In this document: positions 35,701 to 45,147 of the stretch, one piece after another
Layout: every line of letters starts with the position of its first letter
Position numbering within the stretch: position 1 is the stretch's first letter
From: Capsulimonadaceae bacterium
GTDB lineage: Bacteria > Armatimonadota > Armatimonadia > Armatimonadales > Capsulimonadaceae
NCBI GenBank assembly: GCA_965215505.1
Contig: OZ244065.1
Coordinates: 3,328,001-3,392,000, forward strand
Length of the DNA stretch: 64,000 nt
Reading direction: 5' to 3'
Program-made: the position numbers and the translations under genes
The notes under the pieces: model-generated
What the model saw: the letters and a program-made list of their open reading frames with translations, nothing else
Database searches by the model: none
What the model was told of the DNA's origin: nothing

Positions 35701-37617
35701 CTACCGCACCGGCCCAGGCCAGGACGTGCCGGCCTGGGCGGCGAGATACGGCCCCTCGTCGTGGACCTGATGCCACACTTGCGCGTTCACCACCCCCTCC
35801 TGCCGCACCGTCCCCAGCAGCAGGCCGCCCCAGGCCAGCAGCAGAAAACAGGCGGCGGGCAGGGCGGCGGCGGCGAAACCGCGTACCAGTCCGGCCGAGA
35901 CGGGCACGCGCCGGACGCGGGCGGCGACGCCCGAAACCAGCAGCAGGAGCAGCGGGACGGCGGACACGGCGGCGAGGTACAGCCACCGCACCGACGCCTC
36001 CCTGGCTTCGGCGTCCACCCCCCCGCCCGACAGGCCCAGCAGAGCGTCCCGGCCGTCCACGATGTCCGAGAGGCTGCCCGCCTGCCACAGCAGCAGATGC
36101 CAGAGGCCGGACGATCCTACGCCCGCCACCAGCAGGATGCCCACGGCCCACAGGATGCCCTGCCGACGCCAGGCGGGCAGGCGGAGCAGCGCGCGGAACA
36201 CCGCCCGGACGGTCAGCGCGGTCAGCAGCAGCAGGACAAGCCCAGCGATCCACATCTGCCAGCCGGTCGCTTCAATGGCGAACGGCCAGAGGTTCGCGAA
36301 CAGCACCGCCACGAACGCCGCCAGCAGGATCAGGCCGCAGGCCGCCCCGATCCGCCCCAGCAGGGCCACCCAGTCCCAGGCGGGGCGCTCCCCAGCCTCC
36401 CGCACCCGCACCAGCCGCGCCATGCCCCCCGTCAGGCCGCCGAGCAGGAGCAGCCAGAAGACGTTGGACAGGCTCGCGATGTCCGCCAGCCACCACCGCG
36501 TCAGATCGAGGAACGGCCGCTCATACTGGCTGAGGCGCGCGGGATCGTCGAACCGCCCGATGGCGCTCATCCGCCGTCCCGCCTCCGCCTCGGCCTGCTC
36601 CCGCGCCGCATACTCGGGGTGGCCCAGCCGCGTGGCGTAGGCCCGGTAGGCGTCCAGATGCCGCCACATCTGCCCATCCGAAACGGGACCGGGCGCGGCA
36701 CCCTGATTCATGCTGCCGGTCCGGTCTGTCGCGATGGCGCAGATGGCGCTGCCGACGATCGCCCCGAGGAGATAAGTGGATTGGGCGCGCATCAGGTCCC
36801 CGCAGCAGCGCAACTCCTCGCGCAACCCCAATCCTTCGTTGCGCCGCCCCGCCGCCTCCTGCTGGACGGCTTTGACGAGGATCAGCCGGGCGAGGGCGCG
36901 GAGCTGCTGGTAATGCGGCAGGAACAGGTCGGCGGCGGGGGCGATGCGCCCCAATGCTCCCGGATCGCCGAAAGCCTCTCCGTGCAGACGCCAGCGCGCC
37001 TCGACCTCGTCCGCAGTATACTCCCGCCAGGACGGCTTTCGGGACGCGCGCCGGAAGGCGGCCAGGCCCTCGGCGTCCCGGAAGGCGGCGAACAGGCCGG
37101 CGGCGCGCATCAGGGGGAAGTAGGCGTTGTCCGGGTCCAGGCGCTCCCCTGCCGCCGCGTCGGCGTCGAAGGCGGCAAGGTCTGCGGGCGCGTTATGGTG
37201 GATCCTACTGTTGTTAAGGCGCAGGCCGGGGTTCAGCAGCGCCTCCTCCTCGGGCCGCTCCAGGTGGACCTTGCCGAGCATCTCGTAGCGCAGCAGGTTG
37301 GCGTAGAGCGCGGGGCGGTCCGGGAATCGGGTCGTCAGGGCGTGCAGGCCCGCCAGGGTTTCGTCGTGGCTGCCGTCGCTGACGGCGGCGGCGTACTGGA
37401 CCGCGAAGTCGCCGGGGTGGCGCGTTGCTACCGCCTGATACCGGTCCCCCGCCGACGAGCCGGTGTAGCAAGTCCCGCTCGGCAGGGGGTGGTACAAGCG
37501 CAGGACGGTCAGGGCTTGCAGACGCACCAGCCAGCGCGTTTGCGGGGCGATCAGAAGTGCGAGCAGGACGCCGAGGGCAAGGCCCATCAGGACCAGGCGG
37601 GCTTGTCGGAGTTTCAT
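35701..37617 (-). CDS. Hypothetical membrane protein, paralog 1
   Basis: Same motifs as 33849-35456, with additional TM helices. Confidence 0.8.
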   Translation of the reverse strand: MKLRQARLVLMGLALGVLLALLIAPQTRWLVRLQALTVLRLYHPLPSGTCYTGSSAGDRYQAVATRHPGDFAVQYAAAVSDGSHDETLAGLHALTTRFPDRPALYANLLRYEMLGKVHLERPEEEALLNPGLRLNNSRIHHNAPADLAAFDADAAAGERLDPDNAYFPLMRAAGLFAAFRDAEGLAAFRRASRKPSWREYTADEVEARWRLHGEAFGDPGALGRIAPAADLFLPHYQQLRALARLILVKAVQQEAAGRRNEGLGLREELRCCGDLMRAQSTYLLGAIVGSAICAIATDRTGSMNQGAAPGPVSDGQMWRHLDAYRAYATRLGHPEYAAREQAEAEAGRRMSAIGRFDDPARLSQYERPFLDLTRWWLADIASLSNVFWLLLLGGLTGGMARLVRVREAGERPAWDWVALLGRIGAACGLILLAAFVAVLFANLWPFAIEATGWQMWIAGLVLLLLTALTVRAVFRALLRLPAWRRQGILWAVGILLVAGVGSSGLWHLLLWQAGSLSDIVDGRDALLGLSGGGVDAEAREASVRWLYLAAVSAVPLLLLLVSGVAARVRRVPVSAGLVRGFAAAALPAACFLLLAWGGLLLGTVRQEGVVNAQVWHQVHDEGPYLAAQAGTSWPGPVR

Positions 37618-37776
37618 TAGGGTCATCCTTGGGAGCGGGAGACAAGACGGGAGTAGGCAAAACGGGAGGGTAGGGACAAGCCCTACCCCCACGGTGCGCC
37701 CATATGTGGTGCTTGCGTAGGGGCACCGCTTGCCGCGCCCTCCTTGTCTTGCCGCGCCTTCCTATTAAATGTCGGT

Positions 37777-38235
37777 TCACACGACCAGTGCGGCCCGTCG
37801 CCCACTCTGCGCGTGGCGCGGCGGCTCCGGGCGGCGTTCGGACGGGGCGGGCGGGGGCATGGCCCACGCGGCGGCCAGCGACCCGGCGCGCAGGTCGGGC
37901 CGGTCGAGCAGGCGGTCGAGTGAGGGCGCGCGAGCCGGCCCCCGCGCCTGTATTCTTTCCTGTTCGCCTACCATTGGGAGATGGGGGGCCGGGGCCGCCG
38001 AAGTCCAGTGCAGCAGCACCAGGGTCACGGAAAGCGAGCAGGACGCGCCCAGCAGCAGGGGGCGGGCGGGTTCCCACAGGCGGTGCCACCAGGGGACCGG
38101 CGCGCGCAGGGCGTCCAGGACGCGGGCGTCCAGGACGCGGGCGTCGAAGTCGGGGGAGACGTCCGGCACGGGCAGGGCGCGCAGGCCGCCGCGCAGGGCC
38201 GCGCCGAGGTCAAAGTCATCGGGGAGGTCACGCAT
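37777..38235 (-). CDS. Putative anti-sigma factor (single TM)
   Basis: Overlaps the sigma stop; LRALPVPDVSPDFDARVL then a TM helix; contains an in-frame 15-bp duplication (ARVLD x2). Confidence 0.7.
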   Translation of the reverse strand: MRDLPDDFDLGAALRGGLRALPVPDVSPDFDARVLDARVLDALRAPVPWWHRLWEPARPLLLGASCSLSVTLVLLHWTSAAPAPHLPMVGEQERIQARGPARAPSLDRLLDRPDLRAGSLAAAWAMPPPAPSERRPEPPRHAQSGRRAALVV

Positions 38236-38842
38236 GGTCTTCCTCGTCTTCTTTTAAGGCCGCCGTCCACAGGGCGCGGAACTGGGCGCGGGCGGCGTGA
38301 AGCCGCGACCGGACGGTGCCGACGGGGACGCCCAGGGTGGCGGCGATCTCGTCATACTCCAGGCCCTCCATCTCGCGCAGGACCAGGGCGGCGCGCATCG
38401 GCGGGGAGAGTCGGTCGAGGAGGGTTTCCACCAGTAGCCGCGTGTCGGCGGCCTCGGCGGAGGGTATCGGGGAGGCGGGCGGCGGCGTGGCGTCTTCGGG
38501 GACCTCGCGCGCCCAGCGGGCGGACCGGCGGCGGTCCAGGCACAGGCGGACGGCGATGCCGAAGAGCCAGGCCGAGAAGCGGCCCTCGCCCCGGAAGGAC
38601 GGCAGGCGGCGGAAGGCTTTAAGGAACGTCTCCTGGGCCACGTCCTCCGCCTCCCCTTCGCGCCGCAGGACGTGCGCGGCCAGGCGGACGACGCGCGCCC
38701 GGTAGCGCCCCAGCAACCAGCGGTAGGCGGCCTCATCGCCCGCCCGCGCCCTGGCAAGCCACAGCGCCTCTTCGCGCTCCTCGCGCGGCAGGCAGTCCAT
38801 GACCATCAGCCGCCTCAGTTCACCGATCCTGTCACCGAGCAT
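38228..38842 (-). CDS. ECF RNA polymerase sigma factor
   Basis: GDEAAY, AEDVAQETFLKAF, FSAWLFGIA, LREMEGLEYDEIAATLGVPVGTVRSRLHAAR. Confidence 0.93.
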   Translation of the reverse strand: MLGDRIGELRRLMVMDCLPREEREEALWLARARAGDEAAYRWLLGRYRARVVRLAAHVLRREGEAEDVAQETFLKAFRRLPSFRGEGRFSAWLFGIAVRLCLDRRRSARWAREVPEDATPPPASPIPSAEAADTRLLVETLLDRLSPPMRAALVLREMEGLEYDEIAATLGVPVGTVRSRLHAARAQFRALWTAALKEDEEDHA

Positions 38843-38940
38843 GGGTTGTCGTGTCCTCGTAAAGACAAGGACGGGGCGGATGGGGAGAAAGGTTCGGCGG
38901 GGGAAGAGAAAAAGGGCTGAACGGACGGGCGCGGCGGGCC

Positions 38941-41757
38941 TCACCCCTCCACGACGGCGACCAGGACGCAGACGTCGTCGCGGACGCCCTCCTGCGCGTA
39001 CTGGTCCACGCCCGCGATCAAGCACAGCAGGAAGTCTTCGGCCCGGTCCTCGGCACTGACCTCCGGCCCATGGGGACGCGGGGCGGTCAGCAGGGCGGTG
39101 ACGCCCTCGATGCCCAGCATGTCCTTGCGGTCAGGGCCGGCCTCGGTCAGACCGTCGGTGAACAGGACGAGGGCGTCGCCGGGCGCGAGGGTGACGCACC
39201 GCTCGGTGAAGACCGCGCCCGCGAAGGTGCCCAGCACCGGACCGGTGGGCGGCAGCGCCTCCACACGCCCGACATCCCCTGGCCCGCCCCCCGCCCGGCG
39301 AACCAGGCCCGGCTCCTGGCCGCAGTTGACGTAGTTCAGGCTCCCCGAGCCGCTGTCATAGGCACCGACGAACAGGGTGGCGAACCCGGCCAGCAAGTCG
39401 TTCCCGGCAAGGATGTCGTTCAGGTCGGTGAGCGCCTCGGCCAGATTCGCCCGCAGGCAGAGGGAAGCGCGGAGCATGTTGCGGACGGTGGCGACCTGGA
39501 CGGCGGCGGCCAGCCCCTTGCCGGACAGGTCGCCGACGACCAGGGCGGTGCAGCCCTTCTCGATGGGGAAGACGTCGTAGAAGTCGCCGCCGACTTCGGC
39601 CTCCTCCAGCGCCACCTCGTCGTACTTCTTCAGAGCCAGGCCGGGCACCGCGCCGGGCAGACCCGGCTTCAATGCCTCCTGGAGCTGCGTGGCGATGTTG
39701 TGTTCGCGCAGGCGCAGGCGCGCGGCCTCGGCCGCCGTGCGCGTCTGGGCCGCCACCGTTTCGACCAGGGAAATCTCGTCAGCCGTCCAGTCGCGCGGGC
39801 GGCCCGCCTGCGCGACGCCCAGGAGGCCCACCAGCCGGCCGCCGTCGAACAGCGGGACGCGGACGGCGGCGCGCAGGCCCAGCCGCTCCATCGCGCCGGC
39901 GATGCCCGCGAAGCGCGGGTCGGTCCGGACGTCCCGGACGACCAGGGTCCGGCCGGACTGGAGCAGGTCCAGGATGGGCAGGGCGTCGGCGGGCGCGGTG
40001 GCCCCCGCCAGCGGCATCATGCCTTCCCCGCGCCACTCCTGGCTGACGACGCTCAGGCCGCGCGCCTCGTCGCAGGCCGCGAAGAAGCACCGGTCGGTCC
40101 CGAGGGCGGCCCCCAGGGCGGCGGCGGCGGCCTGCTGGATCGCGGCCGGGTCGGTCGAGGCGCGGACGGCCGCGCCGATCCGGTTCAGCAGGGCCTCGCG
40201 CTCGGCGCGGGCCTCCGCCTCGATCAGAAGCCGCTCGCGCTCGTCCTCGGCCCGGCGGCGTTCCTCGATGTCGGTCGCCGTCCCCACCCACTGCGTCACC
40301 CGCCCCGAAACGTCGCGCACCGGCTCGGACCGGCCCAGGTGCCAGCGGTACGACCCGTCCGCCCGCCGCAGGCGGTACTCCACCTCGCTGACGCCCCCCG
40401 AATCCAGGGCGGCCCGCCAGACCGAACCCGCGTGGGCCAGATCGTCCGGATGGATCACGGCCTGCCAGCCCCAGTCGCGCGTCTGGTCGAAGTCCAGCCC
40501 GGAATAGTCGTACCAGCGCTGGTTGTAATAGTCAATCGCCCCGCCCGAGTCGGTCGTCCAGGCGATGTGCGGGATGGCGTCGGCCATCAGCCGGAAGCGG
40601 CCCTCGCTCGCGCGCAGGGCACCCTCGGCCTCCTTGCGGGCACTGATGTCGTGGGAGTAAACCGCCAGCCCGTCCGAAGAGGGGTAGGCGCGCACCTCGA
40701 ACCAGACCCCGAGCGGCGCATAGAACTCTTCGACAGCGACGGGCACCCGCTCGGCGACGGCCCGGCGGTACTCGGCCTCGAGCCGGGTGCCGACGACCTC
40801 GGGGAACTCCTGCCAGATGATCCGCCCCAGCATCTCCTCGCGCGGGCGGCGGAGCAGCCGCTCGGCCTGACGGTTCACATAGGTGAACCGCCACTCCCCG
40901 TCGAAGGCGTAGAAGGCGTCCGTGACGCTCTCCAGGATGCTGGCCGTGCGCCGGTTGGCCGCCCCGAGCGCCTCCTCGGCCCGCCGTCGCTCGTCCGCCC
41001 GCACCGCCTCGGCGCTCCGGCCCTGCCGCCAGCGCGCGATGCGCTCCGGGTAGTGCGCGAGGAAGTCGGCCAGGGCGGGTTCCTCGGCCAGCAGAGGACC
41101 CAGGAAGTCCTGCGCGCGCTTGTCCACGTCGTAGGAGATGTCGGGGTGCGCCTCGATCCAGGTGTGGCAGGTCTTGATGTAAGCGAGGTAGGCGACCAGG
41201 TGCGGGTAGAGGTCCGGCCCGAGCAGGCGACGCAGTTCCCGGCGCGCGGGTTCCGCCCCGCTCTCCTCCAGGAAGGCGAGCGAGGCGCAGGCGAGCAAAG
41301 TCTGCTCCAGGGGCGAGTCGGGGGCCGGGGCGGCGGCTTCCTGCGCCGGTGGGACGGGCAGGCGGTCGAACATCGGGGCGGGCGGGGCGGGGGGCGATTC
41401 CAGCAGGGCCAGGACCGCGCCGGGCGAGACGCCCAGGGGCCGCAGGGCGCACGAGTGGCAGACCAGGCAGTAGGGGACATCGCAGAAGCGGGACAGGAGG
41501 GCGTTCAGCTTCTCCTTGAAGAGCGGCCCGAGCGGGTTGTCCAGGTAGGCGGAGGCCGTCTGCCGCCACAGGTTTTCCAGGACCTGCGGCGAGTCAAGGG
41601 CGGGCGCGAAGAACGGGGGGAAGAACCCGAAGCGCGCCTCGATCTCAGCCCTGATTTGTTCGCCGGTTCGCAAGATGGTAAATCCGTGACCTCTACCCTG
41701 TAACAGTTCTTTTCTAAACGGGGTTCCGTGGGGCGCTTGTATTTTACCATACTTCAC
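38941..41757 (-). CDS. SpoIIE/PP2C phosphatase with AhpD-like N-terminus, PAS, PAS and GAF domains (start uncertain)
   Basis: FCDVPYCLVCH; PAS FTYVN and YYNQRW..IHPDD..YRW; GAF; VGGDFYD, VGDLSGKG, FTDGLTE, DDVCVL. Confidence 0.88.
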   Translation of the reverse strand: MKYGKIQAPHGTPFRKELLQGRGHGFTILRTGEQIRAEIEARFGFFPPFFAPALDSPQVLENLWRQTASAYLDNPLGPLFKEKLNALLSRFCDVPYCLVCHSCALRPLGVSPGAVLALLESPPAPPAPMFDRLPVPPAQEAAAPAPDSPLEQTLLACASLAFLEESGAEPARRELRRLLGPDLYPHLVAYLAYIKTCHTWIEAHPDISYDVDKRAQDFLGPLLAEEPALADFLAHYPERIARWRQGRSAEAVRADERRRAEEALGAANRRTASILESVTDAFYAFDGEWRFTYVNRQAERLLRRPREEMLGRIIWQEFPEVVGTRLEAEYRRAVAERVPVAVEEFYAPLGVWFEVRAYPSSDGLAVYSHDISARKEAEGALRASEGRFRLMADAIPHIAWTTDSGGAIDYYNQRWYDYSGLDFDQTRDWGWQAVIHPDDLAHAGSVWRAALDSGGVSEVEYRLRRADGSYRWHLGRSEPVRDVSGRVTQWVGTATDIEERRRAEDERERLLIEAEARAEREALLNRIGAAVRASTDPAAIQQAAAAALGAALGTDRCFFAACDEARGLSVVSQEWRGEGMMPLAGATAPADALPILDLLQSGRTLVVRDVRTDPRFAGIAGAMERLGLRAAVRVPLFDGGRLVGLLGVAQAGRPRDWTADEISLVETVAAQTRTAAEAARLRLREHNIATQLQEALKPGLPGAVPGLALKKYDEVALEEAEVGGDFYDVFPIEKGCTALVVGDLSGKGLAAAVQVATVRNMLRASLCLRANLAEALTDLNDILAGNDLLAGFATLFVGAYDSGSGSLNYVNCGQEPGLVRRAGGGPGDVGRVEALPPTGPVLGTFAGAVFTERCVTLAPGDALVLFTDGLTEAGPDRKDMLGIEGVTALLTAPRPHGPEVSAEDRAEDFLLCLIAGVDQYAQEGVRDDVCVLVAVVEG

Positions 41758-41931
41758 TCATTTTTACCGGGACGGTCCTGGCGCACGGGTGGGGCAGTCC
41801 TGGGAGAGAGCAGGTGCGGGCGAGTGATTTCGATCACTCGCCTGCGCCCGCCGCTTGCCTCGGTAGGGTGAAGGGAGAAGCCGGGGCCGATCCGGCAGGA
41901 TTCCGCCGGCCGCATCGCGAACCTTAACGAC

Positions 41932-43491
41932 ATGACAGTCGCCGAAAAGATGCCCGCCGCGTCCCTGCCGCCCGCCGATGCCCGCACGACCGACATCAGC
42001 CGGTTCTTCACCAACAGTGACCGCAGCGTGTATGCCCTCAAGAACCTGCCGGAAGAGGTCGTCGCCTACCTCTTCGCCCGCTACTCCCGCTCCCGCCTGT
42101 CGCTGCGCGAGGACCTGCGGAACATGATCGAGGCCGAGGACATGGGCGCGCTCATCGGCGCGGGCGCAGCCGACGACCCCGGCGCGGCGTTCGGACAGAT
42201 CCAGGACCGAGCGCGGGCCTTCGCCGAGCGCTATGTGCTGGGCTACGGGCATGCGAGCGTATCCGAGCATGGATGCGTCCACCTGGCCCTGGAAGACGTC
42301 AGCATCATCGCCTCCAAGCTGATCGAGGACGCCCGGCTGGCCTCCTACACCGAGAAAAGCACCCGCTACGTCGCCTTCGACCCGAGCAAGGTCTACTACC
42401 CGCCCGCCGTCATGGCCGACCCGCGCCTGGCCGACGACTACTCGCAGACGATCCGCGCCCTCCTGGACGCCTACGTCGGCTGGAACGAGGACTTCATCGC
42501 CCGCATCAAGGCGCGGACGCCGCGCGGCGAAAAGCAGACCGAGCGCGCCTATGAGGCCGCGAGCCGCGCCACCGCCTTCGACCTCCTGCGCTACCTGCTC
42601 CCCGCCGCCACCCACACCAATGTCGGCCTGACATTGAACGCGCGCACCTTGCAGCACCTCATCACCAAGCTGCTTTCGCAGCCTTTGGAAGAAGGGCAGG
42701 AATTGGGCCGGCGCATCAAGGAGGAGGCCCGGCACATCGTCCCGACCCTGCTGAAGTACGCCGACCACAACGCCTACCGGGCCGAAACGGGCGCGGCGAT
42801 CGAGGAGTTAGCGCGGGAGGTGCTGGGGGAGGCCCCCCGGAAGCCGGCAGCGAATCCCGTCACCCTCCTGTTTTCCGACCCGGATGCCGATGATAGACTC
42901 GTCGCCGCCATCCTTTACCCCGCCGCGTCCCTGCCGATGGGGGCGCTGCTGGCCCGCGTCAAGGCGATGGACCCGCAAACCAAAGAGCGCATCGTGGACG
43001 AGTACCTGAAGAGGCGCGGCCCGCATGACGCGCCGGGGCGCGCGCTGGAGCGCCTGGCCTGCACGGTGGAAATGACCATGGACTACGGCGCGTATCGCGA
43101 CATCCAGCGGCACCGCATGGCGACGCAGGCGACCCAGCCGCTCGCGCCCGCCCTGGGGCATGAGACGCCGGCCGAGATGGAAACATTCGGCTGCGGCGCG
43201 CAGTATGAAGAACTGATGGCGCGCGCCGCCCGGACCTACCACCGCCTTTGGGACGCCGGGTTCGTCCACGAGGCGGCCTACGCCCTGCCGCTGGCGACCC
43301 GTATCCGCGTCCTGTTCACCTGGAACCTGCGCGAAGTGACCCACTTCGTCGAGCTGCGCTCGGCCCGTCAGGGGCACCCCTCCTACCGCAAGGTGGCGCA
43401 GGAGGTGTACCACGCCGTCGCCGCCGCCCACCCGCTGATCGCGCGCTACATGCGCCCCAACCTGAAGACCTATGCCCTCACACGAGAATAA
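41932..43491 (+). CDS. thyX: FAD-dependent thymidylate synthase, long two-domain form
   Basis: YGHASVSEH, EKSTRY, RYLLPAAT.T, RDIQRHR, ELRS..QGH.SYR. Confidence 0.88.
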   Translation: MTVAEKMPAASLPPADARTTDISRFFTNSDRSVYALKNLPEEVVAYLFARYSRSRLSLREDLRNMIEAEDMGALIGAGAADDPGAAFGQIQDRARAFAERYVLGYGHASVSEHGCVHLALEDVSIIASKLIEDARLASYTEKSTRYVAFDPSKVYYPPAVMADPRLADDYSQTIRALLDAYVGWNEDFIARIKARTPRGEKQTERAYEAASRATAFDLLRYLLPAATHTNVGLTLNARTLQHLITKLLSQPLEEGQELGRRIKEEARHIVPTLLKYADHNAYRAETGAAIEELAREVLGEAPRKPAANPVTLLFSDPDADDRLVAAILYPAASLPMGALLARVKAMDPQTKERIVDEYLKRRGPHDAPGRALERLACTVEMTMDYGAYRDIQRHRMATQATQPLAPALGHETPAEMETFGCGAQYEELMARAARTYHRLWDAGFVHEAAYALPLATRIRVLFTWNLREVTHFVELRSARQGHPSYRKVAQEVYHAVAAAHPLIARYMRPNLKTYALTRE

Positions 43492-45022
43492 TCCAGGCGG
43501 CCCCGACCCGGAGGATAAGCCCCGCCGACGCCGGAAGAGGCCCACGGCTGAGACCCTCACCAAGAGGGGCTTCACCCCGATGCAGTTCGAGCTGCCCGAC
43601 AACGCCCTGGCCGGCTACCCGCCCGCACCTCCGCCGACGCCGCCGCCCGCCCCGGCCCCGCGCCTGCTGGAATCCCCCCCCGTCGCCAAGAGGGTAGGGG
43701 CGCCGCTTGCCGCGCCCTCTCCTCCTGCCGCGCCCTCTCCTCCTGCCGCCGCGCCCTCGGCTGCCGCAGTGCCCCCCCCGGTGGAAGGGGATGCGACGAA
43801 GAGCAAGGCCGCCGCCGCCGAGGCCGCAACAGCCGAAGACGCCGCCGCCGAGGCCGCCAAAGCCGAGGCCGCCGCTGCGGCCTCCACAGACATGGTCATC
43901 CCGGCCCTCCCACTCCCGGTTCGGGGCGGGCCGATCCGCCTGGGCAAGCCCACGCTCGTCTTCCCGCACCCCCGACTCCAGGGCATGGACCCCAAGCGCC
44001 GCGCCCTGCTCTGGGGACTGCTGGCGCTCGCGGCCGGCCTCCCGGCCGGCCTCACCCTGGCCGGACGGCTCACCTCGCCGCCCCACGTCCGGGGCGTCCC
44101 CACCGGCCACCTCGTCTATCTGGAGGCCGAAGCGCCCTCGGAGAAGACGACGACCCTGCGCGGCCTGTATGCCGCCGGGCCGGACGGGGCGACGCGCCTG
44201 CTGACCCACGAGGACGAGCCGCAGGACACCGACGGCGGCGTCCGCGAGTGGATCACGCAGCCCGCACTCTCGCCCGACGGCACACAGGTCGCCTTCGAAA
44301 AGCAGCTCATCATGCTCCAGGAGGAGAAGCAGACCATCCAGAACCAGATCTGGGTGATGCCGCTCGCCCCCGGCAGCGACAACCTGCCGCGCCTGGTCGT
44401 GGACCTGACCCAGCAGAAACTGAAGCAGCCCGTCGGCCTGGCCTGGGACTCGGAAGCGTCGCTGATGTTCCTGGAAGACGGCGCGGAATACAGTGTCCCG
44501 ACCGATGCGCCCGACCAACCCCTCAAGATCCCGCTCGACCTGCACGGCCTGACACTGGCGACGGACCCGGACGTCTCGGCCACCCGCAGCCCCGCGATGG
44601 CCGAGTCCGGCCGGTTCGTCTACGGCGTCCAGACCCCCACCGGCCCGCAGACTCTGGTGCAGAATGCCGGGGCCGTCTCGCCCGGCCCGGACGCTGCCGT
44701 CTTCGCCCTGTCCCCCGCCGGCGACCGCATCGCCTTCGTCCCGCCCGACGGCGGGGCGGGCAGCGGCGGGGCCGTCGTCCGCACCTACGACCTCGCCACG
44801 AATGCCTATGGTGCGGACATCCGCGTCCACTGGGGCTGGTCCGTCTTCGGCCACCGCCGCGTGACGTCCCTGCGCTGGTCCCCCGACGCCACGAAGCTCG
44901 CCTTCACCGTCTCCAAGCCCCCCGTCCCCGAGGACGAGATCTTCCTCGTAGATTTAGGTTCGGGCAAAACCGCCCAGCTCCCCTACCGCGCGGGCCGCGC
45001 CGCCTGGGACTGGTCGAAGTAG
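43472..45022 (+). CDS. Membrane-anchored TolB/PD40-like beta-propeller protein with Pro/Ala-rich N-terminus
   Basis: PALSPDGTQVAF, FALSPAGDRIAF, LRWSPDATKLAF repeats after a TM helix. Confidence 0.78.
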   Translation: MPSHENNPGGPDPEDKPRRRRKRPTAETLTKRGFTPMQFELPDNALAGYPPAPPPTPPPAPAPRLLESPPVAKRVGAPLAAPSPPAAPSPPAAAPSAAAVPPPVEGDATKSKAAAAEAATAEDAAAEAAKAEAAAAASTDMVIPALPLPVRGGPIRLGKPTLVFPHPRLQGMDPKRRALLWGLLALAAGLPAGLTLAGRLTSPPHVRGVPTGHLVYLEAEAPSEKTTTLRGLYAAGPDGATRLLTHEDEPQDTDGGVREWITQPALSPDGTQVAFEKQLIMLQEEKQTIQNQIWVMPLAPGSDNLPRLVVDLTQQKLKQPVGLAWDSEASLMFLEDGAEYSVPTDAPDQPLKIPLDLHGLTLATDPDVSATRSPAMAESGRFVYGVQTPTGPQTLVQNAGAVSPGPDAAVFALSPAGDRIAFVPPDGGAGSGGAVVRTYDLATNAYGADIRVHWGWSVFGHRRVTSLRWSPDATKLAFTVSKPPVPEDEIFLVDLGSGKTAQLPYRAGRAAWDWSK

Positions 45023-45147
45023 GGGCGCGATTCATCGCGCCCTCTTCCCCTCCCGCGCCCTTTCCCCCTCCCGTGCCCTTTCCCCCTCCCGTGCCCTTTC
45101 CCCCTCTGCCGCTTCCCTCCCGCGCCCTCACCGGGTATAATCCCCCC

